A stretch of 64,000 nucleotides of DNA from Aquificota bacterium (lineage in GTDB: Bacteria > Aquificota > Aquificia > Desulfurobacteriales > DQVG01), in contig JAMOTM010000043.1 of assembly GCA_027002265.1 (NCBI GenBank), positions 14,458-78,457 of the forward strand, in the 5' to 3' direction. How positions within the stretch are numbered: position 1 is the stretch's first letter; each line of letters begins with the position of its first letter. This document shows, piece after piece, positions 62,117 to 64,000 of this stretch. The notes beneath the pieces are model-generated. The model worked only from the letters and a program-made list of their open reading frames with translations. It did no database searches and was not told where the DNA came from. The translations under genes and the position numbers were made by a program.

Positions 62117-62908
62117 CTATTCTAAAATTAACCCCAAAATAACATTTTTTACCTCCTCACTCTTGCATGAAGGATAAGGACAACCTTGAGTAAGATTTTT
62201 AGCTATACAAATTCCGGAATTACATTTACAATTATCTGTAGATTTTGGGGAGCACGAAGAAGAATATTTATATCCAAGTAAAACCAATTTTCCATCTTCA
62301 CCATTCATAATACCATCTACCATAGTATCATAGCTTATAGCTTCTTGTAAATCTGGGTTAAATATAATAATAGCATTTGTGGGATTAGAAGAATACTGAT
62401 CTTTTCCTAAGTAAAGGTGAACTTCTTTTCCTAAGGCAGAAAAATAAATATAACCTTCATCTCCCTTCCCAATTTTAAATACTTTATCTATATCTTTATC
62501 AACTATTTTTAAGTAGTCAGTTACATGATTAGTTTCAGGTTTATATGGCTTTTGTGTTCCATCATAGGAAGTTAAAACATGGACATTTGATGGTAAAGAA
62601 CTACCAAGTAAATCAGATATTGTAGAGTTAAATGTTGTGCCTTCATCTGTATCTACAAAGCCGTCTGTAGTATCTTCAAAGCCCCCATTTTCCTTTCCAT
62701 CACCTATAATAGCGGCATATCCTTTAGAAGATAAAGCCCAATCTTCGTATTTATAAATGTCATCTTTAAGTCGCAAAATATAATTTGCAAAATCTTTTTT
62801 TATTTTTGCATCTTTTACAATAGAGGAGGCTTTCATAACGAGGGTCATTAAAATACCTATAATTATTAATACTATAACAAGTTCAATTAAAGAAAATGCC
62901 TTTTTCAT
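62117..62908 (-). CDS. type IV pilin / pseudopilin-like protein with Cys-rich C-terminus
   Basis: Prepilin N-terminus 'MKKA|FSLIELVIVLIIIGIL' with Glu at +5. C-terminal 'CSPKSTDNCKCNSGICIAKNLTQGCPYPSC' has six Cys. Confidence 0.7.
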   Translation of the reverse strand: MKKAFSLIELVIVLIIIGILMTLVMKASSIVKDAKIKKDFANYILRLKDDIYKYEDWALSSKGYAAIIGDGKENGGFEDTTDGFVDTDEGTTFNSTISDLLGSSLPSNVHVLTSYDGTQKPYKPETNHVTDYLKIVDKDIDKVFKIGKGDEGYIYFSALGKEVHLYLGKDQYSSNPTNAIIIFNPDLQEAISYDTMVDGIMNGEDGKLVLLGYKYSSSCSPKSTDNCKCNSGICIAKNLTQGCPYPSCKSEEVKNVILGLILE

Positions 62909-62926
62909 TTTTTTCTCCTTTTACAC

Positions 62927-62954
62927 TTGAAAAATTTTTTATAATATATATAAT
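62927..62954 (+). promoter_or_regulatory. candidate promoter (TTGAAA-16-TATAAT) upstream of the rpoB leader
   Basis: Hexamers read directly. AT-rich context makes chance matches plausible. Confidence 0.3.
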
Positions 62955-62967
62955 ATACTTTCGCAAA

Positions 62968-63006
62968 GGGAGGGGGACAGATTCTAGGTCCCTCTCCCTT
63001 TTTTTA
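62968..63006 (+). terminator. strong stem-loop GGGAGGGGGAC-N9-GTCCCTCTCCC plus T7 run, in the rpoB 5' region
   Basis: 11-bp stem with one G-U pair, followed by TTTTTTTATTTT on the plus strand. It lies about 200 nt upstream of the rpoB ATG. Confidence 0.5.
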
Positions 63007-63209
63007 TTTTCCTACCACAAATAAGGGTCGGGAGAAGATGATGACAAAAGTAGTAACTTCCGCATATTATTATAACCTTTCTTTAAAAAAATACCTAATC
63101 CATAATCACTTTCCATGTATACGATGAAATCTTTTATCCAATCTGATTATTTAATCTAACTCTTTTAGGTCTTTTATTTCTAAAAAAACTAAAAACGAGG
63201 TGAAAAACA

Positions 63210-64000
63210 ATGGCATTAAACAGTGAAAATAAAGTTATTGAAGTAAAAATTTCTCCTAAAGAAAGAAATGAAAAAAAATTTAAAGAGGCCTTAAAAAAAG
63301 CTAAAGAATTTAAAAAATTACCAAGGAAATCCTTTGCAAAAAAAGAAGAAATTTTACCTCCACCAGATCTTTTAGAATTTGTTTTTGATAGTTATGAAAG
63401 ATTTTTACAACTTAATAAAAATCCTTATGAAAGAGAAAATGTAGGTTTAGAAGCTGTATTTAGAAGTACTTTTCCAATTTCAGATATAAATGGTGATATA
63501 GAAATTAGATATAAAGGATATGAGATTGGAGATTGGTATTGTAAATGTGGAAAATATCATGGTCTTGGTGGAAAAGGTGTTGTTTGTGAAAAATGTGGTC
63601 ATGAAGTAGTTTTTCGTCCAAAAAAAGATGTAAATGAATGTAAAGAGAAAGATTTAACTTATGGAGCACCTTTAAGAGTTCTTTTAGAATGTGTAGCTTG
63701 GCAAAAAGATCCAAATACAGGTGAAAAAATTGCTCCTGTAATTAAAGAAGAAAAAATATATTTTGGAGAAATTCCTCTTGTTACACCAAGAGGATCTTTC
63801 ATTATAGATGGAACTGAAAAAGCTATCGTAAATCAGCTTCATCGTTCTCCGGGAGTATACTTTAAATCCGATATTTCCAAGTCTTCTGGAGTAGCAAGAC
63901 AAGTAGATGTAGCTTCTATTATCCCGGCAGATGGATCTTGGATAGAATTTGAGCTTCCACAAACAGATATTTTATATGCCAAGATAGATAGAAAAAGAAG
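63210..64000 (+). CDS. rpoB: DNA-directed RNA polymerase subunit beta, 5' part (runs off the window)
   Basis: GAGGTGA RBS. Hand translation gives '...GLEAVFRSTFPI...TYGAPLRV...FGEIPLVTPRGSFIIDGTEKAIVNQLHRSPGVYF...IPADGSWIEFE', collinear with the E. coli beta N-terminus. Open to the window end, so absent from the ORF track. Confidence 0.9.
   Translation, partial: MALNSENKVIEVKISPKERNEKKFKEALKKAKEFKKLPRKSFAKKEEILPPPDLLEFVFDSYERFLQLNKNPYERENVGLEAVFRSTFPISDINGDIEIRYKGYEIGDWYCKCGKYHGLGGKGVVCEKCGHEVVFRPKKDVNECKEKDLTYGAPLRVLLECVAWQKDPNTGEKIAPVIKEEKIYFGEIPLVTPRGSFIIDGTEKAIVNQLHRSPGVYFKSDISKSSGVARQVDVASIIPADGSWIEFELPQTDILYAKIDRKR

Noticed and set aside
62075-62929. 10-nt direct repeat TTTTACACTT flanking the pilin-like gene (62075-62085 and 62919-62929) as a possible target-site duplication
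   Set aside because: The repeat is short and AT-rich, so a chance match over these distances is plausible in this composition. No integrase, transposase or terminal inverted repeats are present.
63505-63962. Two minus-strand ORFs (69 and 92 aa) listed in the track
   Set aside because: They lie antisense to the rpoB N-terminal coding region. rpoB is open to the window end and so is missing from the track, but its translation is unmistakable.

Overview
AT-rich, K/E/I-rich chromosomal segment from a Gram-negative bacterium, probably a thermophile. Bacterial identity rests on LpxK, KdsD, MurG, an L,D-transpeptidase, FlhB and a type IV pilin-like gene; no species can be assigned from sequence alone. 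Most of the window is tightly packed housekeeping genes. These include tmk, dapB, kdsD, hemL, miaA, lpxK, queDE, coaD, rpmB, pyrH, phoU, ndk, guaA, mnmA, rsmG, mnmG, ppa, dut, pnp, murG, tal, leuB and the 5' end of rpoB. The F-type ATP synthase is split into atpZ-B-E (10.8-12.1 kb, +) and atpF'-F-H-A-G-D-C (30.4-36.2 kb, -). RNA features are two tandem tRNA-Ser genes (-), a tRNA-Thr/Tyr/Gly cluster (+), and a 20-repeat CRISPR array with no cas genes anywhere in the 64 kb. Main items for follow-up: (1) A prefoldin alpha-like gene, a truncated beta-like partner and a 644-aa protein with repeated winged-helix-like motifs (0.8-3.6 kb). (2) An eight-gene, translationally coupled operon (40.1-45.6 kb) encoding three c-type cytochromes with 22 canonical CxxCH motifs in total, a di-heme-b-like membrane subunit, an NHL beta-propeller and three small membrane proteins; it matches no named respiratory complex I can recall. 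(3) Further archaeal-type genes in this bacterial context: a Trm10-like SPOUT methyltransferase next to queDE and an AGOG-type 8-oxoguanine glycosylase. (4) A CxC...CxxC insertion in the N-terminal part of RpoB. (5) A peptidoglycan-remodelling operon with a PilZ gene coupled to murG. All family assignments come from motif recognition by eye; no database search was run.
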